Shown here one piece after another: positions 58,040-64,000 of a DNA stretch of 64,000 nucleotides (positions are counted from its first letter, which is position 1; every line of letters starts with the position of its first letter). The notes beneath the pieces are model-generated. The model did not search any database, was not told where the DNA came from, and saw only the letters and a list, made by a program, of their open reading frames with translations. This stretch comes from Piromyces finnis finn. Its lineage: Eukaryota > Fungi > Neocallimastigomycota. Both the position numbers and the translations under genes were made by a program. The stretch lies in assembly GCA_002104945.1 (NCBI GenBank), contig MCFH01000022.1:682001-746000 (forward strand), in the 5' to 3' direction.

Positions 58040-58879
58040 ATTAAATAATATATATTAATATTTAAAGAATTTATCAAAGTAATTTGATATTTTAAACAAA
58101 TATAATCTAATCAAGATATCAAAAAATTCCTCGGTCAATCAATTAAAATCCAAATCCTGAAAGAAATTATACTGTTAATAATATTTCTTTTTTTTTCTTT
58201 TTTTTTTTTTTTTTCCTTTGTGTAATAAGAAATAAGAAAAAGGAATAACAAAAAATATTTCGAATTATTTTTTTTTCTTCAAAACAAGGAAAAACAACTA
58301 CTATATATATATTACAAATTATTTTTTAAGAAAAGGACGAAAAAAAAAAAAAAACGAAAAAACCAATAACAACAATAATAATAATAATTAATTAATGATG
58401 ATAAATAATAAAAGAAAAAAAAAATATTATAAAAAAATATTTTATTTTAAAATTTGATTTATTATTATTATATTTTTAATAGAAACAATATTAAAACAAA
58501 ATTTTTTATTTCTTATATAAAAAAAATTATTACTAAAAATAAAAATAAAAATAAAAATAAAATATATATATGTTTCTTTTTATTTTATTTTTTGTTTTCT
58601 TTTATTTTTCTTTTTTCAAAAAAAAAAAAAAAAATAATATATATATCTATAATTAATTACTATGTTAGAAAAGAAAAAAATACTAAAACTTTAATTATGA
58701 AAAATTGAATTTAATTGAATTTAAAATTTTACCACCATATAATAATGCATTAAAGTATGGTTTTATAACATAAATATTATTAAACCACGTGAAATAACAA
58801 ATTAAATAAATAAAATATAATAAAAAAAATAATAATTAAAATTTTTTATTTTTAACAAATTACAATTTGAATTTCAAAA

Positions 58880-61734
<2,855 letters not shown>

Positions 61735-61880
61735 TTAATTTAGAATTATTTTTTAAAAGATTATTATCCTATTAAAAGAAATTATTTTATTTTTAATAAA
61801 TGCAATAATATATTTTTTTCTTTTTACTATAATTTATTTAATTTAAAATTCTAATATGTAAAGATAAAATATTGAACAAT

Positions 61881-61914
<34 letters not shown>

Positions 61915-62681
61915 TAAAAATAAAAGTAATAAAAAAAAACTATACATTTTAACTGTATTTTATTTAATTTTATTATATATTTGAATCTTTAAATACTTTT
62001 TCATTTTAATGAAATAAAAAAAAGTTATAACTATCAACATAGATAAATTTATCTTTAATAATATTATTGAAAGCGTTTTATTCAAAATTTATCATTGAGT
62101 TCTATTTTTAATATTTTAATTTTAACTATTTGATAATATGAACTGTTGGCTCCTATTTAATATTTTAGAGCAATTTAAATAACTATTTAAAACTTTCTTT
62201 GTTTAAATAATTTCCATATTTACATCATATATTTGTAAAATTATTTATAGTTATTAATTTTTTTTTTTAAATGTTTTATTTATATGTAATATGTAATAAT
62301 ATTAATATATATTTGTTTTGTTTTTTCTATTTTATGTTTTATTTTTTATTAATATTAAAATTATTAATTTGTATTTAGAATTTGTTATTATTTTTATTTT
62401 GTGTCTTTTTTTTTTAAAAAAAAAGAAAAAAAAAAAAAAACGAAAAAATTATTGATATTATATATACAAATGTTCTATTATAAATTATTGTGTAAAAAAA
62501 TGAAAAATGCTAATAATAAATTAAAAAAAAAAAAAAAAAATGCATGATGAATACTAAATATTGTAAATGTTTAATGGTATAATGATAAAAAAAAAGTCAT
62601 AATAATATTTTTTTTTTTTTTTAAAAAAAAAAAAATAAAATAAACATTAATTGAAATATAATATTTAATATAATATAGAAA

Positions 62682-64000
62682 TTAAGATGTATCAGCAACA
62701 AGAGCAACACCACGCATAATCCAATATTCTGGTGTTTGTTTATCAGTTCTAAGATCAACATCAAAAATATAATTAAGATCTGTTCTTCTTGGCCTAGTTA
62801 AGATTAAATTTAATAAAATTATTCAATTAATCAAAAAAAACACATAATATATTATTATATATTTTTATAGTATTATTAAAATACTTACTTTTTATATACT
62901 GGACATCTGTATAATCTTGGATCTGGATCATCACTAGCATTAGTAGCACTAACATGAATACATGGCATGGCTTGGTAAATCAATTTAGCTTGAGATTCTG
63001 CTAAACGAATATTCTTTCTATCCCAACCTGCACCTTCAATGAATAAACCATGAATATAAACACCTTCTGCTGGTTGTGATGATATATCTTCTTTCATTTG
63101 TTTCATAACTTCTGGTTGAAGACGGACACTATCTAAAGCCCAACCTTGATGGGCACGTGTAATTTCTTGACGAATAGCTGTTAAGAAACCTTGTGGATTG
63201 AAGAAACCAGTAAGCCAGAATACATTTGGTCTACCATCATAAAGCCATGTGGCAAATTGGGCTACTCTTGTAAGTAATTCAGTGTACCATAAACCTAATG
63301 TTGGAGATTGCCATGAAATCTTTACCCAATTATCAGGTACACGAGCATCATAAAGGGAATCCAAGGCTTGCTTTAATTGAGAATTCATAATAATTGTACC
63401 ATCAATAGCCAATTTAAGATCATTGAGAGTATCACTAACTAATTTAAGAACTCTTTGAATTCTATCAATTTCTTGACCTAAGAAAATATTTAATGGTTTT
63501 AATAAACCTTGCTTTGTTAAGCAGGCCTTCTTCTTAACTGGATCAAAGAATTCTGGTAATTTACTTAAAAGATCTGTTGCAATACCCTTGACTACATCTT
63601 CACGAGTTTCACCAGTACCAGAACTACTATCCTTTGGTTGAATAGACATAATTGTATCTTTTATATAACAATAATAATAACATTATTATTTTATATTGAA
63701 ATAAATAAATAAAAATTTTTAAAATTAATTATCAATATTTATATATAAGAATAAAAATTTTAATATAAATATATTTACCTAGTGTTCTTGATGATTCCTT
63801 AGTTTGGCAAGCAATATCAGCGTTAGCATGTAAACCGAATACATCTGGTGTATCAACATTTGGTAAAGTTTCAATAGAAGCACGGTAATCTTCAACATTC
63901 TTCAAGTGTGGAATATTGTAACCCTTGGCGAATAAGAAGTTATCTGCGAACATATGATCACCGAACCATACCTTACCCATTGTAACTAATAAACGTCTAT
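62682..64000 (-). CDS. Axonemal dynein heavy chain, C-terminal part (outer-arm DNAH5/DNAH8 type); partial
   Basis: [111 protein letters not shown]. Exons >64000-63778, about 63660-62889 and 62793-62682. Confidence 0.93.

Overview
Extremely AT-rich, intron-containing eukaryotic genomic DNA. The fungal dockerin-bearing GH5 cellulases, an axonemal dynein and the AT content point to an anaerobic gut fungus (Neocallimastigomycota); this is inferred. About 14 protein-coding genes were reconstructed by eye from GT-AG exons: a partial Ser/Thr/Lys-rich protein, a signal-peptide/TM/SH3 protein, THADA/Trm732, an LRR protein with an LRRC58-like C-terminus, ERD2, UBA1, a single-TM orphan, a TVP15/COPI-associated protein, two tandem GH5 endoglucanases, an RMP1/NEPRO-like gene, an Ivy1-like I-BAR protein, SNRNP40 and a partial DNAH5/8-type dynein heavy chain. 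The most unusual part is the cellulase locus (41.4-48.4 kb). One gene carries a nearly identical 1272-bp internal module duplication whose inner copy spans the exon junction without the intron and is diverged only at that edge. Both genes carry a non-canonical Cys/Trp repeat (YCxGCxVTxTGxDGSxWGWENxxSCxI) in front of two canonical dockerins. A possible poly(A)-tailed retro-insertion lies between them. No rRNA, tRNA, CRISPR array or intact transposon was seen. All family assignments rest on motif recognition from memory, with no database searches, and exon boundaries are manual.
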